DNA from: Candidatus Micrarchaeota archaeon
GTDB lineage: Archaea > Micrarchaeota > Micrarchaeia > Burarchaeales > JAKAKT01
Direction of reading: 5' to 3'
Assembly: GCA_021813385.1 (NCBI GenBank)
Contig: JAKAKT010000100.1
Coordinates: 1-59,636 of the forward strand
Length of the DNA: 59,636 nucleotides
Shown: piece after piece, positions 36,782 through 46,913 of the stretch
Position numbering within the stretch: the first letter of the stretch is position 1
How the letters are laid out: each line of letters begins with the position of its first letter
The notes under the pieces: model-generated
Seen by the model: only the letters and a program-made list of their open reading frames with translations
Database searches by the model: none
Told to the model about the DNA's origin: nothing
Translations under genes and position numbers: made by a program

Positions 36782-37348
36782 ATGAAGCCGGGAATCCGGG
36801 TCCTTGGAATTGACGACTCTCCTTTTCAAAGGAATGACAAGACTGCCCTAGTTATCGGGGTGGTCTGCAGGAAAGACGGGAGCATAGAAAGCCAAAGCCT
36901 TATAGTTGAGGGCGTCCTCAGCATCCACGTCCTTATCGATGGCGATGACGGAACAGAGAAACTTTGCGAGATGGTTTTGCGCTCGAGATTCAAGACCGAG
37001 CTAAGTGCGATAATGCTCAACGGAATAATGCTGGCAGGCTTTAACGTAGTTGACATAGCTGAACTTAACAAGAAGACAGGGGTTCCGGCTATTGCCCTGA
37101 CGAGAAAAAAACCTGACATGCCTGCGGTCGAGAAGGCAGTCAGGAAAACCCGAAACTGGGAGGAGAAGCTCCTGAGAATAACGTCTGCCGGCTCCTCAAA
37201 ACAGCTTGAAGGATGGAACGCCCAGGTCTCAGGAACAGATTTAAACGGTGCGCGCGATATAATCCGCATTTTCGGGAACGGGCCCGTGAGGCTTGCCCAC
37301 CTGATAGCGTCGGGAGTGATACGCGGGGAATCAAAGGGAAGGGCTTAG
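36782..37348 (+). CDS. DUF99 / endonuclease V-like protein
   Basis: RVLGIDDSPF, DGDDGT, AGFNVVDI, PVRLAHLIASG. Confidence 0.9.
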   Translation: MKPGIRVLGIDDSPFQRNDKTALVIGVVCRKDGSIESQSLIVEGVLSIHVLIDGDDGTEKLCEMVLRSRFKTELSAIMLNGIMLAGFNVVDIAELNKKTGVPAIALTRKKPDMPAVEKAVRKTRNWEEKLLRITSAGSSKQLEGWNAQVSGTDLNGARDIIRIFGNGPVRLAHLIASGVIRGESKGRA

Positions 37349-37420
37349 AGCGTATATGGAACTGAAACGAGCAAAAACCGGGCGAGGAAAAGGCCTAACG
37401 GGCCAGAAAAGGTGAAATGA

Positions 37421-38395
37421 TTGGGCAAAGAGAAGAAGAAAGAAGACGGGATGATTTCCTCCCCAGAGGTCAAGCTTATGAAGCAGCTCCTTGAGAACAA
37501 GGCCATTTATGCCCTCATAATCCTCTCGTTCATCCTTTTCCTATTGACGCGCTCCTCGGTTTTCTCAATCCTCTCGGTGCTTCTGGTGGTGCTCCTCCTC
37601 ATTGGCGAATCGGTTGTGGGAATCGCCGAGCACGGGGTGAAAAAGGAGATTCTTGAAATAGGGTTAGCCATACTTGCTGCCCTCCTAATCTGGTTCGGTT
37701 CAGGCTTCCTGCTCTCGACGCCCGCTCCGCTCAACGCGATAGTCTCGTGCAGCATGCTCCCGAACCTAGAGAGGGGCGATCTCGTGATATTGCAAGGAGG
37801 GGAACCTAAGGGAACAGACATATACCTAGACAGTTTCGATTACACCAACGTTTCAGTGCTCGTGGAAGGGGTGGGGGAACTCGACACCAACATCTCGCTC
37901 TCCCAGTACTGCGGCTACTTCCCGGATACGATTACCTGCAAGACGTACTTCTTGGCCCCAGAGAAGATAACTGAAAAATATGGCCCGCTCGAGTTCAAGC
38001 ATGGATGGTGCACAGTTCAGGCAAGGGGCTTCTCAGGGCAGATCCCATGCGTCAAATCAGTCGTGGCAGATGGGAAGGAGTACCCATACGCCCTTTCCGG
38101 GGACACGATAGTCTACTCCACCCTTCCGACAGACCTATTCTCGAGAGCCTCCGGGCCGAAGGAGATAATCCACAGGGTAGTATACAAGGTCCATGCAGAT
38201 GGGCGGACTTACTACTTGACAAAGGGGGACAACAACGACCGCTTCGACATCCAGTTCGAGAACTCGCCCGCAGTCCCGCAAAGGATCTCGGGAAAAGTGA
38301 TTTTCCGCATCCCCTATCTCGGGTATTTCAAGCTCTTCCTGTTCGGCTATTTCGAGGACCCGGCTGGATGCGACAGATACTTCACCGAGAGATAG
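37421..38395 (+). CDS. Signal peptidase I (Sec11/S26B type) with a large insertion
   Basis: IVSCSMLPNLERGDL (catalytic Ser), IIHRV (His), TKGDNN, GKVIFRIPYLG; N-terminal TM helices. Confidence 0.9.
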   Translation: MGKEKKKEDGMISSPEVKLMKQLLENKAIYALIILSFILFLLTRSSVFSILSVLLVVLLLIGESVVGIAEHGVKKEILEIGLAILAALLIWFGSGFLLSTPAPLNAIVSCSMLPNLERGDLVILQGGEPKGTDIYLDSFDYTNVSVLVEGVGELDTNISLSQYCGYFPDTITCKTYFLAPEKITEKYGPLEFKHGWCTVQARGFSGQIPCVKSVVADGKEYPYALSGDTIVYSTLPTDLFSRASGPKEIIHRVVYKVHADGRTYYLTKGDNNDRFDIQFENSPAVPQRISGKVIFRIPYLGYFKLFLFGYFEDPAGCDRYFTER

Positions 38396-38461
38396 CGTTC
38401 AGACTTCTGCTCAGGGATGTGGGCGCTTTATAATGCAGGTTCCTGCTTTCGCTCGGCTCAT

Positions 38462-40159
38462 TTAGTGGGCCCCTACGGGCGCACCCGGGGACGGCAACAG
38501 CATCATCAACGTTGCCCTCGACACGATGGCGACAAGCGAGCCAATCCACACAAGCGCGACGAAGTGAATCATCGAGTTGAGCATGTGCCCTCCGTCCATG
38601 AACCGGACTGCGATGGCAGAAAGCAGTGCGTTTATGACTAGAGTCATAATGAGGAGCACACTCACAATCTGCATGCTCGATGCACTGGGAATCGTGATGA
38701 TGGAGTTCAGCACGCTCGAGGGCACGTCGAGCTTCGAGTAGATGTCGTTCATGTATATGACTACCCCCGCTGAGACATACAGGCAGAATGCCACTACGGC
38801 CTGGACGCCGTAAACTATCCCTATGAAACTGGTTGTCGAGTGATACCTCTCCCTCCTAAGCATCTGCAGGGTCATGAAGTTCTTGCTGATGATTTCGCTC
38901 GTGGTGTCCGGCCTCCCTCCCATCGATAGCGTCTCAACGAACATGTCCGTGAACTTGTTTATGAGGAAGCTTCCGCACTCAATCCTGTACAGCATCCAGG
39001 ACCTCGAGTTGCTAATCAGCGTCTTGATTCTCTCGTAAAGGTGCCTTATGGGCACGGTAAGCTCACCGAAATCGTGGAACGTCAGAACTTTCAAGGAGTC
39101 CTTCACTATCCCGCCGCGGGCAGCAGCCCCAAGCCCGAGAGAGATTATGAACTCGACATAGAACTGGTCCCGCCTTTTTATCTGCTCCTCAATGCTCCTA
39201 GCGATGTAGCCCACTACCACGAGCGGCGTGAGCACTATCGCAATCAGAATCTCAAGGGGGATATAGTTAAGGAAGAAATTTGATAAGAGCGATAGCAAAA
39301 TGCACCCTACTGCAGAGACGAGGAATGCCGGCATAAGCTCGCTCCTCATCTCCCGGTTCGAGAAGCTTTCGTACCACACCTTGTCGTTCGGAAGCACGCT
39401 TTTAATGTAATAAATGACCCCTACTTCGGAGGCCACGAAAAGGAACACGACCAGGAGCATCATCATCGCAGGGTCTATTGCGACAAGGTAGGGGATGATG
39501 ATGGCGAACGATATGAGGAACACGAGCGTTATCACGATTGACAGGTATATCTCCTTAAGCACGTCTATGTCATAGAGGGAGCCCTTGTACTTTATCGAGT
39601 AGTCATTCATCACATAATTCTGCTCGTCGAGCAAAAACTCCTCTATATTCTCACCGGAATCGAGCCCGTTCGCGAACCTGTCCAGGAAGTCGGCGAACAT
39701 AATGCTCGGGGTGGTTTTCGCCTTCAGCCTGCATGAGTCCGAGAGGGTCACATGCCACACCGCAAACCGCATGTATATCTCCCTGCAGGCGATAGCGAGA
39801 GCCCCGTACTCCTCCTTGGTTGACATAACCCTGAAGAGGTCGGCAGGCGGGGAGTTTGATGTCGACAAAATGCCTATGTTCGTGATGAAGAAGTGCATAT
39901 TGTCCTCAATGTTGTGCTTTATCCCCTCGGCCTGGAGCAAGGGATATACGAAAATTATGATTATGGCCAACGCAGGAACAACCGCAAGGAGGTATATTGC
40001 GAGAGGGCCGAAAAGGTCCGGAAGAATGACGATAAGTATGATGGGGACAACGAAGCTTGTGACTATCACCGGGATGGCGAACGTGAGGACGTACTGGTAT
40101 ACGCTCATCCCCATTGCCTGTATGAGCCCAATATAATCGTCAGTGTCCATCGAAACCAC
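38462..40159 (-). CDS. arlJ: Archaellum membrane platform protein
   Basis: Two T2SSF-like repeats, FADFLDRFANGLDSGE, HDFGELT, multiple TMs; downstream of arlI. Confidence 0.92.
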   Translation of the reverse strand: MVSMDTDDYIGLIQAMGMSVYQYVLTFAIPVIVTSFVVPIILIVILPDLFGPLAIYLLAVVPALAIIIIFVYPLLQAEGIKHNIEDNMHFFITNIGILSTSNSPPADLFRVMSTKEEYGALAIACREIYMRFAVWHVTLSDSCRLKAKTTPSIMFADFLDRFANGLDSGENIEEFLLDEQNYVMNDYSIKYKGSLYDIDVLKEIYLSIVITLVFLISFAIIIPYLVAIDPAMMMLLVVFLFVASEVGVIYYIKSVLPNDKVWYESFSNREMRSELMPAFLVSAVGCILLSLLSNFFLNYIPLEILIAIVLTPLVVVGYIARSIEEQIKRRDQFYVEFIISLGLGAAARGGIVKDSLKVLTFHDFGELTVPIRHLYERIKTLISNSRSWMLYRIECGSFLINKFTDMFVETLSMGGRPDTTSEIISKNFMTLQMLRRERYHSTTSFIGIVYGVQAVVAFCLYVSAGVVIYMNDIYSKLDVPSSVLNSIITIPSASSMQIVSVLLIMTLVINALLSAIAVRFMDGGHMLNSMIHFVALVWIGSLVAIVSRATLMMLLPSPGAPVGAH

Positions 40160-41773
40160 TCATACTCTGAATGGGAGAGCATTAATGCCGCCGCGGTAGA
40201 ACGCAACAATCGTATCCATCACTGCGAAGTAATCGAGGATGTTCTTCTCCACCATGATTTCAATTATCCTCGTTCGAGTATCAAGCTCGTCATATATCTT
40301 TCGCGGGTCGAGATAGCCCGCCTTGGGCGCTATCTTATCCTCAAGAATATAGCTGTTGTTGAGGCCCCCGAACTTGTGGGCATCGGTCGAGGCGTCCCAG
40401 GAAAACATCTGCCGCGTCACGACACCTCCCGCATCTTCGTTATAGCCCTCAACCTCCTCAACGGCCGTGCATCGCCTGAGGTATTTCCCTTTTACATAAA
40501 CTGCCTGCAGGAACATCGCCACGTTAAGGTTGTCCATGAATGTCAGCGGGACGTTTATCGGGTCACCGGCGAGCCTCTGAATCATCCTCCTGATACTTGA
40601 GGCGTGGAAGGTTGCCATGACCGAGTGCCCTGTCTGCATTGCCTGGAAGGCAACGAGCCCCTCCTTGCCTCTAATCTCCCCGACAATTATGTAGTTTGGC
40701 CTAGACCTGAGGGCCGCCTTCAGTATGATGAACATGTCCACCCTTCCTTCCTCGGGCCCGCTCTCCCTCGTCAGCAGCTGCTGCCAAAGCTGCTGCGATG
40801 GTCTCACCTCGGGGGTGTCTTCAGCGGTGAGTATCTTGGCATCCGGGTGGACGAAGACCAGCAGTGCATTCAGAATAGTGGTCTTCCCGCTCGCAGTCTC
40901 CCCGGCCACGAAGATGTTCATCCCGTTCTCAAGGCAAAGCCAGAGGTATGCGACTATCTGCGGGTTGACTGAGCCGAATTTTATCAGCTGGATGATGCTC
41001 GTCGGGATTGTTGAGAATTTCCTTATGGTGAAGCTGGAGCCCCTCAAGCTCACGTCCTCAGCATAAATGATGTTTATCCTGGAGCCATCAGGCAGGACTG
41101 AGTCGGCTATGGGCTTGGCAATGCTCACGGGCCTGCCTATCCTTTCGCTCAGGTTCCTAAGGAAGTCCCTCAAAACCTGGTCGTTCTCAAATGTAAGGTC
41201 TGTCTCCACAGCCTCGAAGACCTTGTGGATGACCCGGATGTTCCTTGCACCCACCTCGTGAATATCCTCAATGTAGGGGTCGCTGAGAATAGGCTGGAGC
41301 ATCGACTGGCCGATGACATCCCTTCGCACGTAATAGATGAACTTTTCGTATTCCTCATCGGTCACATAGACTTTCCTGACTCCGAAGTCCGTTATGGCGA
41401 GTGCGGATTTCCTCACGCTCATATTGAAAAGCTTGATGAGGGTGGCCTCGAGCTCCTTATCCCGCTCGGGCACCTTTTCGCGCGGTGCATTCTCGAGAAT
41501 TATATCGAGAATCTCATGGTATTTTTTCTTTTCCGGGTCCGTGAGCTTAGGCTCGATTGCGAAATACCTGTTCTGCTTTGGGTCCTTTAAGATATGCACG
41601 AACACCTTGTCCTCAAGGGTCGGGTAGATGATGTTCACGTTCTGCTCATCGCTCATCTCCCTCGGAATCTTATCATAGAACCTTGGGGCCCTCATGCCCT
41701 TTGATTTGAGCGCTTCCAGGTATAGCCGAAGGTGCGGGTATTTCTTGATAGCCTGTTCAAAGTCAATAGCCAT
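40160..41773 (-). CDS. arlI: Archaellum motor ATPase
   Basis: LPDGSRINIIY, FTIRKF, Walker A GETASGKT, LRSRPNYIIVGEIRG, QTGHSV, NNSYILE. Confidence 0.95.
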   Translation of the reverse strand: MAIDFEQAIKKYPHLRLYLEALKSKGMRAPRFYDKIPREMSDEQNVNIIYPTLEDKVFVHILKDPKQNRYFAIEPKLTDPEKKKYHEILDIILENAPREKVPERDKELEATLIKLFNMSVRKSALAITDFGVRKVYVTDEEYEKFIYYVRRDVIGQSMLQPILSDPYIEDIHEVGARNIRVIHKVFEAVETDLTFENDQVLRDFLRNLSERIGRPVSIAKPIADSVLPDGSRINIIYAEDVSLRGSSFTIRKFSTIPTSIIQLIKFGSVNPQIVAYLWLCLENGMNIFVAGETASGKTTILNALLVFVHPDAKILTAEDTPEVRPSQQLWQQLLTRESGPEEGRVDMFIILKAALRSRPNYIIVGEIRGKEGLVAFQAMQTGHSVMATFHASSIRRMIQRLAGDPINVPLTFMDNLNVAMFLQAVYVKGKYLRRCTAVEEVEGYNEDAGGVVTRQMFSWDASTDAHKFGGLNNSYILEDKIAPKAGYLDPRKIYDELDTRTRIIEIMVEKNILDYFAVMDTIVAFYRGGINALPFRV

Positions 41774-41822
41774 TCAATCACTTTATATTCAGCATGATGC
41801 GCTCAAGACCCAAATCTCAAAA

Positions 41823-42695
41823 TCACATATACACAATCGCGTCCTCGCACTCGTAGAGGTTAACGAACGTATTCTTGAGGTCGGCCTGCATCTTCTCGGC
41901 CAGGTTGTTCATCACTGCCCTTTCGAGCTTCGAGCGCTCGACATCGAGAACCACAAACCCGGTCTCGCTCGCGTATCTGGCAATTTCCTCTGTAAGGCCC
42001 GATGAGATGAGCGCCTGGCAGCCCTTGCTGAAGAATTCCTCGACAACGTCGATGTTCGCAAGGCCCTCCCCTATGTAGCAGCCCATTGTCTCGAACTTCT
42101 TGTTAGTCTCAGGGTCCCCAACAACCCTAACGACGTCCAAGCCATACGAAGTCTTGAGATTCGCAACGATGTTCGCCAAGCTCGATTCAGGAATCCTGCC
42201 CCACCTTCCGCACTTGACTTTTCCGGAGATTTTCATCCCAAGGGCCTTTGCGAGTATGTCCGCTGTCCCGCCCTCGGTCTCGTCGAGGTTGCTGTGGGCC
42301 ACGTAGATGCAAATGCCCCTCATCATCAGGTCCTTGAGGCGCTTGAAGTTCGCCGGCTTCTCGAAGAACGAGAGCCCTGGGAACTGGTCAGGAAGCTCCT
42401 CGAAAAACGGATACTCGTGGAGAACAAGCATATCAACTGTCTCCTCCTCGCTCTCCTGCTTCTTCTTGTCGAACTTGAACTGCTTCTGCTTTGCGACCCT
42501 TCTCGTCTTCGCGAACGTGCTCGCGGAGAGGATTCCGGCCTGCTCGAAAACGTATTCAGTGGCTGCCCAAGCGACCCCGACCCGTTTTATCTCCCTCTCA
42601 GGGTCCCCGAAGACAAAGCCGATGAGGTCATCAGGATATGCGAGGTTGGGAGGAGCTATCTTTTCCATGTAGTTCATTATTTCGCGGGCGAGCAT
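41823..42695 (-). CDS. Nif3/DUF34-like protein, divergent
   Basis: MEKIAPPNLA..DLIG, DMLVLHEYP, IYVAHSNLD; Lys-rich insertion. Confidence 0.75.
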   Translation of the reverse strand: MLAREIMNYMEKIAPPNLAYPDDLIGFVFGDPEREIKRVGVAWAATEYVFEQAGILSASTFAKTRRVAKQKQFKFDKKKQESEEETVDMLVLHEYPFFEELPDQFPGLSFFEKPANFKRLKDLMMRGICIYVAHSNLDETEGGTADILAKALGMKISGKVKCGRWGRIPESSLANIVANLKTSYGLDVVRVVGDPETNKKFETMGCYIGEGLANIDVVEEFFSKGCQALISSGLTEEIARYASETGFVVLDVERSKLERAVMNNLAEKMQADLKNTFVNLYECEDAIVYM

Positions 42696-43029
42696 TGCAC
42701 CACCGAGAATGGTATGGGAAAGAGGTGTATATAAATGATGCTCTTCGAGGCAGAAATCTAGCGGGAACGCTCCTGCGCGGCGATTCGAACATCAGCTCGA
42801 GCTTGCTTAAAAGCTGCTCTGCGCCCAATTCTCTACGGGTATAAAGGGCAACATTTTCATCAACAAACGCAATACAATCGTAATCGATGAGTTCATGAAG
42901 AGTTGCCTGGTGCCCCCCAATGAAATTCTTTGAGGTAGAAACGCTTTGTATTTCGTTCGAGGAAAAAGGAAACGGGCTAGAAAAATCAAAATCGCAAATC
43001 TTATTAAACCCCTTTATGAACAATATAAT

Positions 43030-44634
43030 ATGCAAGTGAAACAGCGCCATTTTGTTATCGTCGCCGGCTCGCTCATGTCGGGCCTCGGCAAGGGGATTGT
43101 TACTTCTTCTATCGGGAGGATTCTGCAAAGCCGGGGCTTGAAAGTCGTTCCAATCAAGTTCGATGGCTACCTGAACGTGGATTGCGGGACGATGAACCCG
43201 TATCGGCACGGGGAGGTCTTCGTCCTCGACGACGGGACCGAGTGCGACATGGACTTCGGGACCTATGAACGATACCTGAATGTCAGGCTCAACTGCAACA
43301 ACTCATTAACTGGCGGGAAGATTTTCAGCACAGTCATCCAGAAGGAGAGGAAGGGGGAATATCTAGGTTATGATGTCCAAATCGTTCCCCACCTCACGAA
43401 TGAGATTAAGGCTTGGATTAAGAAAGTTGGCGATGATTTCGATGCCGATGTTGTGCTCGTGGAAGTCGGGGGAACTGTCGGAGACCTTGAAAACGGTTAT
43501 TTCCTAGAGGCGATGAGGCAATTGCATTACGAGGAGAAGCATGCTACTTTCATCCAATTGACTTATGTCCCGACACTGGTTTCAGGGGAACAGAAGACCA
43601 AGCCCACCCAGCACGCGAACAGGCTGCTCGCAAGCCTCGGGATAAACCCGCGCATCGTCATCTGCAGGGAGAGCGAGATGCTAGGCCCCGACTCGAAGAG
43701 AAAAATCAGCATGTTCTGCAATGTCCCTGAAATGAACATTTTCGATGACCCGGATATCGAGTCCATCTATGAGCTTCCTCTTTTCCTCGAGAAGCAGAAT
43801 TTCGGGGACATTTTGCTGAAAGAGCTCGACATAAAGTCGAAGGGGACTGATTTGGAGGAGTGGTCGGCAATAGTCAGGCGCATAAAGAAGCCGAAGAAAG
43901 TGCTCAAGATTGCGATTACAGGGAAATACACCCAGGTGAAAGACTCATATGTAAGCATTAAAGAGGCGCTTGTTCACGCAGGCGCGCACATCAACCACGG
44001 GGTCGAACTGAAGTGGATTGAGACGACGGACTTGGAAAAAGGGAACACGAGCGAGGAACTGCTCAAAGATTGCGATGGCATAATTGTCCCGGGTGGTTTT
44101 GGAGTTAGGGGGACAGAAGGCAAGATATCTTGTGCCGGCTGGGCGAGGGAGAACAAGCTCCCATATCTCGGCCTGTGCCTCGGGATGCAGATTGCGGTCA
44201 TATCATGGGCGAGGGACAAGTGTGGTTTCAAGGGGGCGAACTCGACGGAATTTGACGAGAAGACGCCCCACCCGGTCATCGACCTCCTGCCCGAGCAGAA
44301 GAAAATAAAGGACAAGGGAGCGACGATGAGGCTCGGGGCGCAGGACATCGAGGTGAAGGAAGGAACTGAAGCGCACAGGATTTACGATAGCAAGTCGATT
44401 CGCGAGAGGTTCAGGCACCGCTATGAGGTCAACCCGGAATATATCGAAAGGCTCGAGAAGGACGGCCTCGTCTTCTGCGGCAAGGCGCCCGGGACGAACA
44501 TAATGCAGCTCATGGAATTGAAGGGGCACCCGTTCTACATGGGGACGCAGTTCCACCCGGAATTCACATCCAGCCTCGAGAAGCCGAACCCGCTGTTTGT
44601 TGCGTTCCTGAAAGCCTGCGCGAAGGAGAAGTAA
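43030..44634 (+). CDS. pyrG: CTP synthase
   Basis: MSGLGKG, HGEVFV, KTKPTQH, VPGGFG, LGLCLGMQ, RHRYE, QFHPE. Confidence 0.98.
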   Translation: MQVKQRHFVIVAGSLMSGLGKGIVTSSIGRILQSRGLKVVPIKFDGYLNVDCGTMNPYRHGEVFVLDDGTECDMDFGTYERYLNVRLNCNNSLTGGKIFSTVIQKERKGEYLGYDVQIVPHLTNEIKAWIKKVGDDFDADVVLVEVGGTVGDLENGYFLEAMRQLHYEEKHATFIQLTYVPTLVSGEQKTKPTQHANRLLASLGINPRIVICRESEMLGPDSKRKISMFCNVPEMNIFDDPDIESIYELPLFLEKQNFGDILLKELDIKSKGTDLEEWSAIVRRIKKPKKVLKIAITGKYTQVKDSYVSIKEALVHAGAHINHGVELKWIETTDLEKGNTSEELLKDCDGIIVPGGFGVRGTEGKISCAGWARENKLPYLGLCLGMQIAVISWARDKCGFKGANSTEFDEKTPHPVIDLLPEQKKIKDKGATMRLGAQDIEVKEGTEAHRIYDSKSIRERFRHRYEVNPEYIERLEKDGLVFCGKAPGTNIMQLMELKGHPFYMGTQFHPEFTSSLEKPNPLFVAFLKACAKEK

Positions 44635-44685
44635 GGTGATAAAATACAACTCCCGAAAAAGTATGTTTTCGAAACCGGAATCATT

Positions 44686-45324
44686 TTGGGACTGTTGTCC
44701 CTTCTCCTCGTGTTTCTATTGTCCCTCCGGACCAAATACTGCGAGTCGATTTTTCCAAAACCTTTTGACACCTACGCGTTCTACCTTGCGCTATTGACTT
44801 TCTTCGCGACATTCATCCTTTGGGGCATCGTGGCAGTGAACAGGCAGTACAAGCAGGGGACAGTTCTCGCGGTGCTGCTAGCTATCACATTCATTATTTT
44901 TGGAATGGGGATGTATTCATATTGCCCACTTGGGCCGGACGGAGAATGCACGATGCAAGTAGGAATGTCTTGCAAGAAGTTTTCCCTCTCCAGCGAAAAC
45001 GGAAAGCTTAGCCTCACACTCGTGAATGGGCTGCAAAAGAAAATCGTCGTAACCGGAGTCAGCTGCACAAGAATGGCAAGCCAATTTGAAAAATGCGATA
45101 TCGGCAGGTGTTTGGGTTATTCAGAAAACTCGGGAGGCGTCATAATCCAAATGGGCGAATCAACTGAACTCAGCCCGGGCTGCAATAACGAGAACGGGAC
45201 ACCGATAAGTTTCCGAAAAGGGGATACTTTCGAGGGCAAGCTCAATGTCCAGTACTACTTCGCGGACGAGGGTTCTCGCTCCATCAGAAACATGACGGGC
45301 AACGTCAACATTAGGGCGAAATAG
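44686..45324 (+). CDS. N-terminal TM helices + Cys-rich pilin-like domain
   Basis: CTMQVGMSC...LSLTLVNGLQKKIVVTGVSC...GKLNVQYY...MTGNV, homologous to 16493-17320. True start may be upstream. Confidence 0.7.
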   Translation: MGLLSLLLVFLLSLRTKYCESIFPKPFDTYAFYLALLTFFATFILWGIVAVNRQYKQGTVLAVLLAITFIIFGMGMYSYCPLGPDGECTMQVGMSCKKFSLSSENGKLSLTLVNGLQKKIVVTGVSCTRMASQFEKCDIGRCLGYSENSGGVIIQMGESTELSPGCNNENGTPISFRKGDTFEGKLNVQYYFADEGSRSIRNMTGNVNIRAK

Positions 45325-45400
45325 CATCCAGCTCCCACCCACGCCCTTTTTTAACCTTTAAGGAGAAGTCTTACTCTGTCGGGCTAGGTTTGTGGTCCAT

Positions 45401-46810
45401 ATGAGGCAATTCAAGATTTACGGGATATCCTCCACACTTATGGTGACAGTGCTGGCAGTCGGCTTCATAATCTACATAGTGTTCAACGACATCCTCGCTT
45501 TCCTCGTGTGGCTCCTGGTAGTTTTCTTCGTTGTCATTCTTGCTTATACCCTTTCCCCGAAGATTTTCAGGAAGATGTCCGATACAGTCGAATTGCGCGA
45601 TACAGCCATAAGCTCGAGGAAGACCGAGATAGCGGGGCTGATATGCCACGAATGCAAGACCGCGAAATCGCTCATCGAGAAGGTTTCAGCGGAAATCGAC
45701 ACCGCGAGCGCAAAAGGCGAGCTCGACAGGCTCGGGCAGGAGCTCGCTTCAATGAAGTGCTGCAGCTCATCTTTCGAAGTAATGCCTGACGAACTGGCTA
45801 ATGTCGACATGACTTTCCTCACCACCCGTTCTGCTGAAGTGAGGGACAGGCTCGGGGCGATGAAGCGGGCGCTTGCGGACAAATACAAGACCGTTTCAGA
45901 CAAGCGGGTTGCCGAATACGAAGTTGCGATGAAGAGCCTGCGCGAAGCAGGATACGGGATGGGCGGGCTTTATGCGAAATTCGAGGCTGAGCTGTCGAGA
46001 AGCGCCTCAACCCTTGACGAGATGGCTGAGAAGGAGGGGGAGCTGTCAGACCTCCTGAAGGATGCCCTAACCGACTGCCTTGAGGAGGCGAAAAGGATTG
46101 CTTCTGAAGAATCGGGCAGGAAAGGCGCATCCGAAGTCAGCTATGCACTCGGGAAACTAACCATATCGGACGGAGAGCTGATAGAAGCCGCCTCTGAACT
46201 CGCAGCGATGAGGAAAAAGCTCCAATCAATAATGGGCGGGGATTTCTTCGCTGCGAAGGAATCAATCATCGACTCGATGGATGCGGTCCTCTTAGCTGCT
46301 AACGGCCCGGGATTTTCCGATTTAAGGGAAAAGCTCGCGAAACTGCGCGATTCAGTGAACCAGCTTAAGGATCCCGGGAAGCTAGGCAGGCTCAAGGAGA
46401 CCGAGAAAGAATACCGGGAGCTGGCCAAGACATCCATTGAGGAACTGTCGGCAAAAGCACTTGCGATGAAGGACGAGCTCGATTCCTATAAGCCACCAAG
46501 GGAAATGCAAGCGAAGCTGCCTCAAAAAATAGTTGCACCTGGGGGCGGCACTTCAGAATTCACCAAGAAGATTTCCTCAATGCTAAAGGAGCTCTCTCCG
46601 GAAATCGAAGAGCTAATCCGCAACGTAAAAATAATGAGGAGCTACCAGAAGGCCGAAAGGCTCATCGACGCGAGGCTTGCCGAGAACAAAAAAGTCCAAG
46701 CCAGGGATTTAGACATAAAATACCCGGAGGTATTTTTCATGCTCTACAAGAAGAAGCACCCAAAAGTTAAACTAGTGGAAGGGCCTGAACCAAAACTTTT
46801 CGAGGAATGA
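45401..46810 (+). CDS. Membrane-anchored (2 TM) long helical/coiled-coil protein
   Basis: Two N-terminal hydrophobic helices, then about 410 aa of Glu/Lys/Ala/Leu-rich sequence; upstream of the tubulin-like gene. Confidence 0.75.
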   Translation: MRQFKIYGISSTLMVTVLAVGFIIYIVFNDILAFLVWLLVVFFVVILAYTLSPKIFRKMSDTVELRDTAISSRKTEIAGLICHECKTAKSLIEKVSAEIDTASAKGELDRLGQELASMKCCSSSFEVMPDELANVDMTFLTTRSAEVRDRLGAMKRALADKYKTVSDKRVAEYEVAMKSLREAGYGMGGLYAKFEAELSRSASTLDEMAEKEGELSDLLKDALTDCLEEAKRIASEESGRKGASEVSYALGKLTISDGELIEAASELAAMRKKLQSIMGGDFFAAKESIIDSMDAVLLAANGPGFSDLREKLAKLRDSVNQLKDPGKLGRLKETEKEYRELAKTSIEELSAKALAMKDELDSYKPPREMQAKLPQKIVAPGGGTSEFTKKISSMLKELSPEIEELIRNVKIMRSYQKAERLIDARLAENKKVQARDLDIKYPEVFFMLYKKKHPKVKLVEGPEPKLFEE

Positions 46811-46913
46811 AAATGCCAAAGAAAATTAGGGACGAAGCGGGAGCGAACGGCTCGAGAACGAGCGAGCCGGGAATGAGGGAGCGAACCGAATTAATGTTTG
46901 TTTGGTTGATTTG

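Noticed and set aside
42700-43020. Possible small gene or pseudogene between the Nif3-like gene and pyrG
   Set aside because: Open frames exist but have no convincing start, RBS or motif.
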